Position numbers and translations under genes: made by a program. DNA of 64,000 nucleotides, from positions 630,028-694,027 of the forward strand of contig OY970175.1 of the NCBI GenBank assembly GCA_963707865.1, given 5' to 3'. The stretch's first letter is position 1; each line of letters begins with the position of its first letter. The notes under the pieces were generated by a model. The model worked only from the letters and a program-made list of their open reading frames with translations, made no database searches and had not been told where the DNA came from. This document shows, one piece after another, positions 25,477-34,373 of this stretch. The DNA comes from an uncultured bacterium. Lineage in GTDB: Bacteria > Patescibacteriota > Minisyncoccia > UBA6257 > 2-01-FULL-56-20.

Positions 25477-26691
25477 CTAATGAGCAAACTTAAAGGTAGA
25501 AACAAGTTGGTCAAATAAACTTATATCTTCGCTCTTTTCGCTGTTAACATAAATATTGTAGATTTTGCCATCTTTTAGTAAAACCACCTCCGTGCCGCTT
25601 ATCGAAGAACCTTTATAGTGGGTTCGCACTGCCGGAATGCCATCAACCGCAATATTGATCTTGCTATCGTATTGCGCAGCCACACCTCCAAGGAACGAAC
25701 TTATTGACGCCTGGTTCGGGAAAACTTCCACGCCACCGAGTCCGGAAGCGCTATCCGCGCTTGGACCAAATAAAGAATTGCTATTGTTATATTGGTTAAT
25801 CGCGACTTTCCAAGCTGCCGGATAATCAAAACTGTAGCTGCCATTAGGGTTGGTGAATTGAGCTCCGTTCTGTGTCGCTACTACGCAATTCGAAAAAGTG
25901 GTCGTGCCGTTTTCTGTTATGAATGCGGTATCGCCCTTATTCCAAAAGACGAACGATTCATCTGCTTTTGCGTAGCGCGCACCCGAAGCCGAAATGGCGT
26001 GGGGCACGGACAATTTCCTTCCGTCGCTCAAAACAAGGTCGACATATTTATCGTCGGTTGGATAAAAAGTGGCGGAAATGGTCTTTGAATCATCGCAGGT
26101 AAACACGGCCGGTTTCGGCGTTGCGGCAGTGCAGTATTCTTCCCACGGCCTCACGCACGCCTGTTTCGCGCCGCACCAGGAATATCCAGCTGCCACAAGG
26201 CATCCATGTGCATCCTTTTGTCCACCAATGAGTTGCTCGTGGGTGATCGTGAACGGTGCACTTTCGGCAGTTATCGGATTGGTTACCGGCACGGAAACGT
26301 AACTAGTCACTCCAAGGATATAAGTGCCGGTCGGATACATATCCGAGATCGTCCAGTCCACACTCCCGGTATTTTCAAGATTCACAAAGACGATGGGGTC
26401 GAACTCTTGTCCTTCGGTGGGCAGGGGCGGCGGAGGGATTCTGCGCAGGGTGATGGAAATTTTATTTCCCGGGGAGATGTTTTCCGTAGTCCACGTAATG
26501 GTGTGCGTGGAGCTGGTTGTCCAAGTGTCCGTGCCGGTCGGAGAGATAATCGTGATCGATGATGCAGGCTGGGTCTGCCGATACCGCCCCCAGGCATATA
26601 ATCCGCCGCCAATGATGATCATTGCTCCTACGACTACAAGAATGATGACGAGAGGGGCAAAACCATCACGAGATTTTACATTGCGGAGCAC
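25477..26691 (-). CDS. Membrane-anchored extracytoplasmic protein with an MliC-like (C-type lysozyme inhibitor) domain.
   Basis: N-terminal transmembrane helix, Thr-rich region, and an MliC-type segment (CDDSKTISATFYP…DLVLSDGRKLSVPHAISASGARYA…FWNKGDTAFITENG…C). Confidence 0.5.
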   Translation of the reverse strand: MLRNVKSRDGFAPLVIILVVVGAMIIIGGGLYAWGRYRQTQPASSITIISPTGTDTWTTSSTHTITWTTENISPGNKISITLRRIPPPPLPTEGQEFDPIVFVNLENTGSVDWTISDMYPTGTYILGVTSYVSVPVTNPITAESAPFTITHEQLIGGQKDAHGCLVAAGYSWCGAKQACVRPWEEYCTAATPKPAVFTCDDSKTISATFYPTDDKYVDLVLSDGRKLSVPHAISASGARYAKADESFVFWNKGDTAFITENGTTTFSNCVVATQNGAQFTNPNGSYSFDYPAAWKVAINQYNNSNSLFGPSADSASGLGGVEVFPNQASISSFLGGVAAQYDSKINIAVDGIPAVRTHYKGSSISGTEVVLLKDGKIYNIYVNSEKSEDISLFDQLVSTFKFAH

Positions 26692-26923
26692 GTCAATATC
26701 TTATCACATTTTTTATTAGGCATCACGGTCGCGCTGGAACCTCGGCTTACGAGGTTGGTACGATAGTATATTATACCAAATGCCCTGTTGGTCTGCCGCT
26801 ACCCAGACCGAGACGCCTCGTATGGGTTTCTGAAACGACCCCAAAAGTGTTTGACGCAAATTGTCTCGACCGAGCTCACTCAAACCAGTTTCAAAATCCG
26901 CGCGATAGGGTTAAGATAACTTT

Positions 26924-28171
26924 ATGGAAGGGAAGAACGGTGGCGCAAAAAAGACCTCGTACCCTAAAAACAAGATCAAGGTTCTGCTTTTGGAGAACAT
27001 CCACGCGGACGCGGCAAAGACGTTCGCCGCCGAGGGATATCCGATAAAAACAGTGGACAAGGCTCTGGACGAGGCGGAACTCGCAAGAGAACTGGCCGAT
27101 GTTTTAATTCTCGGCATTCGCTCAAAGACCAAGATTACCGGCCGCGTTTTGGCCGCAGCCCCGCGACTCCTTGCCATAGGAGCGTTCTGTATCGGGACGA
27201 ACCAGATCAATCTTGCCGAATGTGACAAGAAGGGCATCGCCGTTTTCAATGCGCCGTATTCCAACAGCCGCAGCGTCGTGGAGCTCGCGCTCGGCGAAAT
27301 ACTGATGCTTTTAAGAAGGGTTTTCAACAAGAGCGAGAAGCTCCATGCGGGGGTTTGGGATAAAAGTGCAGCCGGCAGTTTTGAGGCGCGCGGCAAGCGC
27401 TTAGGCATCTTGGGATACGGCAATATTGGTTCGCAACTTTCCGTCTTGGCCGAAGCGCTCGGCATGGAAGTGTATTTCTACGATATTGAGGAAAAGCTTG
27501 CCCTTGGAAACGCGAAACGGTGCAAAACGCTCGCGGAACTCCTCCGAAAATCCGACGTCGTTTCGTTACATGTTGACGGCCGTGCCGAAAATAAAAATTT
27601 GATCGGGGAAAAAGAGCTTGCACACATGCGGCCTGGTTCGTATTTCGTGAATATCAGCCGTGGCAACGTTGTAAACCTTGATGCACTCGCGAGGCACCTG
27701 AAAGCGGGCCACATAGCCGGTGCCGCCGTGGACGTGTTCCCTGAAGAACCTAAGAGCAACACCGAATCTTTGGTAAGTCCCCTGCAGGGCCTCCCGAACG
27801 TAATCCTCACCCCGCATATCGGAGGCAGCACTGAAGAGGCGCAGAAGAACATCGCCGGTTACGTTGCGGGCCGTATCATTGACTTCGTAAACACCGGTGA
27901 TACCAGCATGTCCGTCAACCTCCCCAATGTTCGGCTGCCGCTTTTGAAGAAAGTCCACCGTATCATCCATATCCATGAAAACATCCCCGGAATGCTCGCG
28001 CGCATCAATGAAATCTTCGCCGCGCACAAGATTAATATCGCCGGGCAATATTTAAAAACCACCGAAATGATCGGCTACACGATCACAGACATTGACAGCA
28101 ACCATGGGAATGAGGTTATCGCCGCGCTCAAGGCCGTGCCACACACCATCAAGGCGAGAATTTTATATTGA
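26924..28171 (+). CDS. serA: D-3-phosphoglycerate dehydrogenase with a C-terminal ACT domain.
   Basis: 2-hydroxyacid dehydrogenase NAD-binding motif (GILGYGNIGSQ) and catalytic R/E/H residues; about 410 aa. Confidence 0.85.
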   Translation: MEGKNGGAKKTSYPKNKIKVLLLENIHADAAKTFAAEGYPIKTVDKALDEAELARELADVLILGIRSKTKITGRVLAAAPRLLAIGAFCIGTNQINLAECDKKGIAVFNAPYSNSRSVVELALGEILMLLRRVFNKSEKLHAGVWDKSAAGSFEARGKRLGILGYGNIGSQLSVLAEALGMEVYFYDIEEKLALGNAKRCKTLAELLRKSDVVSLHVDGRAENKNLIGEKELAHMRPGSYFVNISRGNVVNLDALARHLKAGHIAGAAVDVFPEEPKSNTESLVSPLQGLPNVILTPHIGGSTEEAQKNIAGYVAGRIIDFVNTGDTSMSVNLPNVRLPLLKKVHRIIHIHENIPGMLARINEIFAAHKINIAGQYLKTTEMIGYTITDIDSNHGNEVIAALKAVPHTIKARILY

Positions 28172-28202
28172 ACGCTGACCACCACTCCCCGCGACCATAA
28201 TC

Positions 28203-29321
28203 ATGAACCCCGCCCAAAAGCCCGTTTATTTCACTGTCGGCCCAAGCGAACTGCATCCGAAGTTTGAGGTCTTCATCGGCAGGGCGAATCAAGAAGCAAT
28301 TGGCTCCATTTCACATCGCAGTGAACGATTTTGCAAACTCCACGCCGATCTCACGCAAAATCTGAAAAAACTTTTTGTAGTGCCCGAGGATTACGCGGTA
28401 TTCTACGCCGGCTCGGCGACGGAGTTCATGGAGCGCGCCGTGCAAAATTGCGCCCAAAAGAATACGCTGCATTTCGTGAACGGAGTATTCTCAAAAAAGT
28501 TCTTTGAGATCGGGCAGGCGAACGGCAAGGCGGCGGTCGCCGTCGCGCCGAACGACGACCAGTCTTTTTCTCTTGACCGCGTGCCTTCGGGCGCACAGCC
28601 GGAACTGATCTGTCTCACGCACAACGAAACGAGCAACGGCACGACGCTCCCCCGCGACCTTTGGGAAGGAGTGCGGAGCATGTTTCCCGAGTCGCTCCTT
28701 GCCATTGATATCGTCTCCTCCGCGCCGACAAGTGAAATTGACTGCGCCAAATTTGACTGCATTTTCTTTTCCGTGCAAAAAGGCTTCGGATTGCCTGCGG
28801 GCCTCGCCGCGATGTTCGTGAGTCCGAGAGCGATCCGGAAGGCGGAGCAGATTGAAGGGCAACGCACCAGCTCGGGCGGCGGACAGTACACCGGCTCGTT
28901 CCATTCGTTTGTAAATCTCTTGAAACACGCGGAAAAGCATCAAACGCCCGAGACGCCCAATGTCCTCGGTATGTATCTTTTAAATGAGACATGCCTTGAT
29001 TTTCTCGCGCGCGGCACCGCAACGCTGCGGGCCGAAACCAAAGAAAAAGCCGCGTTGATCTACGCCGCGCTTGAGGAACATCCCGCCCTCACGCCGCTCA
29101 TAAGCAATAAACAAATCCAGTCGCAAACGGTCGCGGTTGCCGAGGCAAAGCACGGCTCAAGAGAGATCATAGATGCGCTCGCACAAAAAGGATTCGTGAT
29201 CGCTACCGGCTACGGCGCCCAAAAAGAATCCCAAATAAGAATCGGAAATTTCCCGAGCCATACCAAAGAGCAAGTGGCAAAGCTCTGCGAGGCATTTCGC
29301 GACTTCCACTCTCAATCATAA
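28203..29321 (+). CDS. serC: Phosphoserine aminotransferase.
   Basis: Class V aminotransferase with a conserved FFSVQKGFG (Lys) region. It lies immediately downstream of serA. Confidence 0.8.
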   Translation: MNPAQKPVYFTVGPSELHPKFEVFIGRANQEAIGSISHRSERFCKLHADLTQNLKKLFVVPEDYAVFYAGSATEFMERAVQNCAQKNTLHFVNGVFSKKFFEIGQANGKAAVAVAPNDDQSFSLDRVPSGAQPELICLTHNETSNGTTLPRDLWEGVRSMFPESLLAIDIVSSAPTSEIDCAKFDCIFFSVQKGFGLPAGLAAMFVSPRAIRKAEQIEGQRTSSGGGQYTGSFHSFVNLLKHAEKHQTPETPNVLGMYLLNETCLDFLARGTATLRAETKEKAALIYAALEEHPALTPLISNKQIQSQTVAVAEAKHGSREIIDALAQKGFVIATGYGAQKESQIRIGNFPSHTKEQVAKLCEAFRDFHSQS

Positions 29322-29337
29322 GGAACATACTGAAAAA

Positions 29338-30321
29338 ATGCGCATCACTAAGAAAACCGGACCCTATCTTGTGTTCTTTGCCGCAGTGCTCTGGGCAACG
29401 GACGCACCGTTCCGCCTTTATCTCACGAAAGGGTTAAGCAGCAACTTTATCGTTCTTGCGGAACACTCGGTGGATCTGCTTTGCCTTCTCCCGATTTTAA
29501 TCGCGGGCTTCGCGGGCATTAAGAAACTTTCATGGAAGGGGTGGCTCGCGGCGCTCGCGATCGGCATAGGCGGGAGCGCACTCGCGTCGGTTGCCTATAC
29601 GCAGGCCTTCCACTATCTGAATCCCTCGGTCGCGATCCTGCTCCAAAAATTGCAACCGCTGATCGCGATCTCGCTCGCAGCCGCGCTTCTCAAAGAGCAG
29701 CTTGGCAAAAAGTTTTGGCTTTGGACGGTTATTGCGATCTTCGGCGCTTATCTTATTTCGTTCCCCGATTTAAATCCTCAAATCTCCTTCGGCGGGGGGC
29801 TAAACCCCAATCTGCTCGGCGTGGGGCTCGCACTTTTCGCCGCGCTTTTGTGGGGCACCTCAACGGTGCTTGGGAAATATGTCCTTCGCGAAATTGATTT
29901 TAGACTCATGACCGGCCTACGCTTCGCGCTCGGGTTTTTATTCCTGTTGCTTTTAAACTTCTGGCAGCAAACGTTTCCCGCTCCCGGCCAGTTCTCCCCG
30001 CGGGACGCGCTTTATATCCTTATCATCGCCGTCGCCTCCGGCGTTGTTTCGCTCTTGATCTACTACAAAGGCCTTGAGCATACGAAGGCATCTGTGGCGA
30101 CGATCGCCGAGCTTGGGTTCCCTATGGCGGCCGTGGTCGTGAACTGGATCTTCTTAAGCGCCTCGCTTGTACCGATGCAAATCGCGGGCATCGCAGTCCT
30201 TCTCTATGCCGTCTTCAAACTCACGGGCGGCAACGCGAAAACGGATATAGATGGGGCCGCGGGCAACACCGATGCCGAGCTAATCCCCATCGCCGCGGGC
30301 AGCGTGGAGGTCACGAGCTAG
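29338..30321 (+). CDS. EamA/DMT-family transporter.
   Basis: Ten predicted transmembrane helices in two EamA-like halves. Confidence 0.6.
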   Translation: MRITKKTGPYLVFFAAVLWATDAPFRLYLTKGLSSNFIVLAEHSVDLLCLLPILIAGFAGIKKLSWKGWLAALAIGIGGSALASVAYTQAFHYLNPSVAILLQKLQPLIAISLAAALLKEQLGKKFWLWTVIAIFGAYLISFPDLNPQISFGGGLNPNLLGVGLALFAALLWGTSTVLGKYVLREIDFRLMTGLRFALGFLFLLLLNFWQQTFPAPGQFSPRDALYILIIAVASGVVSLLIYYKGLEHTKASVATIAELGFPMAAVVVNWIFLSASLVPMQIAGIAVLLYAVFKLTGGNAKTDIDGAAGNTDAELIPIAAGSVEVTS

Positions 30322-30678
30322 GAACCACCACCGCTTGATCTTTTTGACATCGCGAGCAATAGCTGCGATGAGACCTTTTTTGCTTTCGAATTTTTTCACC
30401 TCCCGCATTTTTTCATACGCAACGACGATGAGCTGCTCACCGTACAAGGCACCGGAAAAATCAATGAGGTGCGCCTCAACCACATTTCGTCCATCCTCTT
30501 TGTAAATCGCCGCGGGATACGCGATTCCCTTCCGCGTTGCCTCTCCCGCAAAAATGCCGCTCGGCACAGATTGTTTCACACGGAGATTTGCGGTTGGAAA
30601 TCCGAGTTCGCTCCCTTTCCTGCCTCCCCGCTGCACGATACCCTTCACTCTGAAAAGAAAGTTACGGCTTGAGCACAT
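30280..30678 (-). CDS. Riboflavin kinase (monofunctional).
   Basis: GFPTANL motif plus flavokinase-fold residues. Confidence 0.6.
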   Translation of the reverse strand: MCSSRNFLFRVKGIVQRGGRKGSELGFPTANLRVKQSVPSGIFAGEATRKGIAYPAAIYKEDGRNVVEAHLIDFSGALYGEQLIVVAYEKMREVKKFESKKGLIAAIARDVKKIKRWWFLARDLHAARGDGD

Positions 30679-31087
30679 AGGTATTCGTCTCTTTCTCCTT
30701 GAAGCCGAGTTTCAGATAAAGCTTGTGGGCCGCAATCCGCTCCGCGCGGCTTGAAAGTTCTATTATGCGCGCCTTCCTTTTCTTCGCAATGGCGATGAGG
30801 TGCCGCACCAAGCGCCTCCCTAAACCCCTGCGGCGGTATGCCGCATCCACGATCACATCTTCTATCCGCGCGCGGATCCCAAGGACAGTCGGCATAAGAA
30901 CAAGCGTCCCCGTCCCAACGACTTTCCCGCCATCTTTCAAAACAATAAGGTGAACATTCCTATCGCGCGTGATCGCACGGAGCGCGGTGTACGACAAAGT
31001 TTTCCGTGAGGAAGAAAGCTGATGGACAAGGCGGCCTATCATGCGGGCTGCACTGCGCGACGGCCGGATAAGCCGTGAGAGTGTCAT
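30662..31087 (-). CDS. GNAT-family N-acetyltransferase.
   Basis: Acetyl-CoA binding motif (RRRGLGRRLVRHLIAIAKKRKA). Confidence 0.7.
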   Translation of the reverse strand: MTLSRLIRPSRSAARMIGRLVHQLSSSRKTLSYTALRAITRDRNVHLIVLKDGGKVVGTGTLVLMPTVLGIRARIEDVIVDAAYRRRGLGRRLVRHLIAIAKKRKARIIELSSRAERIAAHKLYLKLGFKEKETNTYVLKP

Positions 31088-31160
31088 ACTTCAATTTTAC
31101 CACAACACCGCTCGCGTTTTTGAATTCGCACGCGAAGCGCGGAGGGGGTATAATGGAACC

Positions 31161-31607
31161 ATGAAAATCACGGTTGTTCTTTTTATCCTCATCTCGGCGG
31201 GACTGATTTTCTCCAGCTACTTGAGCGCCGTGAAACTTTTCTCCGGTGCCTGTGCATTCAATGAAACGTGCCCGTACTTTCTTGGCTATCCCGCCTGTTG
31301 GTACGGATTCTCCATGTATCTGTTTATGTTCATTGTGACGGGCATAGGACTCACGCGGAAGTTGCCCCTCGTCGCACTATGTAAGGCGGATGCGACAGTA
31401 TCGCTCCTCGGTATCATATTCGCGGGCAGCTTTGTCGTCCAGGAAATCGCGGCGGCACAGGTTACTGGAACGCGCGGGTTCTCCACCTGTGCGTATGGCC
31501 TTATTTTTTACATTGCCATTTTTGCAACCGCACTCGTCGGCCTTCGAAAATCCCGCACAGCCATGTCCCCCGCCACAGAACGCCCCGTCACAGAACACCA
31601 TGTATGA
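31161..31607 (+). CDS. Polytopic membrane protein (possibly a VKOR-like or DUF-family protein).
   Basis: Four or five transmembrane helices with periplasmic Cys pairs (CAFNETC…C). Start taken at the internal MKIT. Confidence 0.35.
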   Translation: MKITVVLFILISAGLIFSSYLSAVKLFSGACAFNETCPYFLGYPACWYGFSMYLFMFIVTGIGLTRKLPLVALCKADATVSLLGIIFAGSFVVQEIAAAQVTGTRGFSTCAYGLIFYIAIFATALVGLRKSRTAMSPATERPVTEHHV

Positions 31608-32694
31608 GCGCATCCTGAAGCCGATCCTTTTCCGTTTTGATCCGGAAAGGGTGCACGATTTTTTCGTATGGTTCGGTGAGACGCTCGGAAAATTTGCATT
31701 CACGCGCCGCATCGTAGGCGCTTTTTGCGAATACGATCACCCCGCGCTCCATACGCGGGTGCTCGGCATTGACTTCAAAAATCCCGTCGGGCTTGCGGCG
31801 GGTTTTGACAAAGACATGCGCCTTACGGAGATCATGCCGTCGGTCGGATTCGGTTTCATGGAAGTTGGCGCGGTGACGCACCATCCCTATGAGGGGAACA
31901 AAGGCCTCCGGCTCGCCCGCCTTCCGGCCGACCAGTCGCTCATTGTCTATTACGGCCTCAAGAACATCGGAGCGGAAGCCATTCAGAAAAAATTGCAGCG
32001 CCTGCATTTCGCGATACCCGTGGGCGTAAACATCGCAAAAACGAATCGCGCGGACATCGAAGGAGAAAAATCGGTTGAAGATTACGCGGCGACCTATCGG
32101 ATGCTCGGCAAATATTTCTCGTACATGACGCTCAACGTTTCCTGCCCAAACGCCCAGGACGGCTGCATGTTCCAAGATCCAAAATTACTGGACGAGCTGC
32201 TCGCGGCGATCGCAAAAGAGAAAAAACCGTGCCCGGTACTCCTCAAGATCTCCAATCACCTCACCGAAAAGGAAGTGGACGAAATCCTCGCGGTCGTAAA
32301 GAAATATTCTTTCGTGGACGGGTTCGTTGTCGGCAATCTTTCCAAGCGGCGCGACATCCTCGCGCTCAAGTCGCCGAGGGAACGGCTTAATCTCATCCCC
32401 GCGGGCGGCATTTCAGGAAAACCGATCCGCGAGCTTGCGACAGGGCTCATCCGCCATATCTATCGCGCGACTGGGGGGAAATACGTCATCATCGGACTCG
32501 GCGGAATTTTCACCGCGGAAGATGCCTATGAAAAGATCAAAGCTGGCGCCTCGCTCGTACAGATCATCACCGGACTCATCTATGGCGGACCGCAAGCGGT
32601 GAAAAAAATAAATAAAGGGCTTGTCGCCATCCTTGAACGGGATGGCTATACACACATAAACGAAGCGGTTGGGAAAGAAACCGGGCGGCCTTAA
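31600..32694 (+). CDS. pyrD: Dihydroorotate dehydrogenase (quinone), class 2.
   Basis: FMN-binding barrel motifs (NPVGLAAGFDK…, SCPN, GGISG…GASLVQIITGLIYGGP). Start at MYERILK. Confidence 0.85.
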   Translation: MYERILKPILFRFDPERVHDFFVWFGETLGKFAFTRRIVGAFCEYDHPALHTRVLGIDFKNPVGLAAGFDKDMRLTEIMPSVGFGFMEVGAVTHHPYEGNKGLRLARLPADQSLIVYYGLKNIGAEAIQKKLQRLHFAIPVGVNIAKTNRADIEGEKSVEDYAATYRMLGKYFSYMTLNVSCPNAQDGCMFQDPKLLDELLAAIAKEKKPCPVLLKISNHLTEKEVDEILAVVKKYSFVDGFVVGNLSKRRDILALKSPRERLNLIPAGGISGKPIRELATGLIRHIYRATGGKYVIIGLGGIFTAEDAYEKIKAGASLVQIITGLIYGGPQAVKKINKGLVAILERDGYTHINEAVGKETGRP

Positions 32695-33248
32695 GTAACA
32701 GTCGCAGGCTCGCGCGCCTCGTATAACGCCTCCCTGCTTTTTCTAAGCAACCAGCGCACAAACCATGCCGAGGCAAAGCCAACGAGCGCACCCCCTAAAA
32801 TATCAAGCGGCCAATGGACACCGACGTAGATGCGCGCAATGCCCATGAGCGCGGAAAGCCCGAAGAACCACCATCCCCATTTCCGGTTCGCGTACCACGC
32901 GACGAGCGAGAGCGCGAAAAACCACGCCATGTGCCCCGAGGGAAAAGACCAACCGGATTCCGCGACGAGCGGCGCGAAGTTATAAAACGAGAATGGACGC
33001 TCGTGATGGTAAAAAAGACGGATGATCTCGGTGAGCAATCCGCGCGAGAGCATGACGGCAATCGCGCCCTCGGCAAACAGGTAGAGTTTTTTCCGTGAGC
33101 CGCTTTCGTACCACACAAGCACCAAAAAAGCCGCGACGAGGAGGTATGGCAGATACTCCGCAAGAAAGATGCCGAGATCGTCAAGGAAAAAATTTCGACC
33201 GGCGAACTGATGAACAAGTTGAAAAAACGCTTGATTGAATGCGGCCAT
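32691..33248 (-). CDS. PAP2-family phosphatase (undecaprenyl-diphosphatase-like).
   Basis: PAP2 motifs (PSGHMAW and GVHWPLD). Confidence 0.65.
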   Translation of the reverse strand: MAAFNQAFFQLVHQFAGRNFFLDDLGIFLAEYLPYLLVAAFLVLVWYESGSRKKLYLFAEGAIAVMLSRGLLTEIIRLFYHHERPFSFYNFAPLVAESGWSFPSGHMAWFFALSLVAWYANRKWGWWFFGLSALMGIARIYVGVHWPLDILGGALVGFASAWFVRWLLRKSREALYEAREPATVT

Positions 33249-33280
33249 ATCACTTAATTAAAGCACATCCGCCGAGCGGG

Positions 33281-33484
33281 CTATTTAGTAACGTAGGCCA
33301 AAAGGCCCATATACCGTGCGCGCTTGATCGCCTGCGCAAGCTTTCGCTGGTGCTTTGCGCAAACGCCCGTGTGGCGCGGATCAATGATTTTCGCCTGACT
33401 TGAAACAAAACGCCGCAGGAGATCTATCTCCTTATAATCAACGTTCTTCAAGTTCTGCGAACAGAAAAAACATTGTTGGGGCAT
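33281..33484 (-). CDS. rpsR: 30S ribosomal protein S18.
   Basis: CFFC…DYKE…LRRFVS…GVCAKHQR signature. Confidence 0.85.
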   Translation of the reverse strand: MPQQCFFCSQNLKNVDYKEIDLLRRFVSSQAKIIDPRHTGVCAKHQRKLAQAIKRARYMGLLAYVTK

Positions 33485-33516
33485 CGTATTTTTAGAAATT
33501 AGTAATTAGAAATTTT

Positions 33517-34089
33517 TTACACCTTCTTCACCTGCAATGAATCCAGTTCCACTGCGGTATCGCGTCCAAAGATCGGCACGAGCACCTTTACGCTTCCCTT
33601 TTCTTCATTCACCTCCGCAATCTTGCCGTCGTAGTCCTTGAACGGCCCGTCGGTTATTTTTACCAAATCGCCCACCTTGAGGTCAAGAACCATCTTGCTT
33701 TCAGTCGCACCCGTGCGCGCGAGTAATTGGTCCACCTCTTCCTTGGAAAGCGGCGTTGGCGTTGTGTTGTCAGGACCGACGAATCCTGTCACGCGCGGCG
33801 TATTCCGCACCACATACCACGAATCCTCGGAGAGGATCATCTCCACAAGCACATAGCCCGGGTAGATCTTCTCCTCTATGGTCTGACGCTTGCCGCCCTT
33901 CACTTTGACTATCTTTTCCTTCGGAACCAAAATGTTGAATATTTTGTCGCCCATCTCCAATGACTCCACGCGCTGTTTCAAATAACGCGTAACCGCTTCC
34001 TCATAGCCGGAATAGGTCTGTACCGCATACCATTGCCGCAATTTCGTCTTCTCGCTGTGCATACCGGGACGCGAAGGATATAACGCCAT
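33517..34089 (-). CDS. nusG: Transcription termination/antitermination protein NusG.
   Basis: NGN domain (WYAVQT.SGYE) and KOW motif (GDLVKITDGPFKDYDGKI). Confidence 0.9.
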   Translation of the reverse strand: MALYPSRPGMHSEKTKLRQWYAVQTYSGYEEAVTRYLKQRVESLEMGDKIFNILVPKEKIVKVKGGKRQTIEEKIYPGYVLVEMILSEDSWYVVRNTPRVTGFVGPDNTTPTPLSKEEVDQLLARTGATESKMVLDLKVGDLVKITDGPFKDYDGKIAEVNEEKGSVKVLVPIFGRDTAVELDSLQVKKV

Positions 34090-34090
34090 G

Positions 34091-34288
34091 TTAGTGAGTA
34101 ATCAATATTTTTATGACGTTGGTAAAAAGATAATCACACAAGCCGAGGAACGCAGCGATTCCGAGAGAAATGCCGATCACGATCGTCGTGAGCCGCACTG
34201 CTTCCTCGCGTGTCGGCCAGTTCACATGCCGCAGCTCCTGCCGCGACTCCGTAAAAAAATGTTTGATGCGTGCAAACATAGTAATCAC
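34091..34288 (-). CDS. secE: Preprotein translocase subunit SecE.
   Basis: 65 aa with a single transmembrane helix, immediately upstream of nusG (…ELRHVNWPTREE…). Confidence 0.75.
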   Translation of the reverse strand: MITMFARIKHFFTESRQELRHVNWPTREEAVRLTTIVIGISLGIAAFLGLCDYLFTNVIKILITH

Positions 34289-34373
34289 TATACCTCCCTA
34301 AATAAAATACCGCTATATCTGCGGCATTCGGGGGCATTGAGAGGAGTATAGCACCATACCCGCTGCCCGTCAA

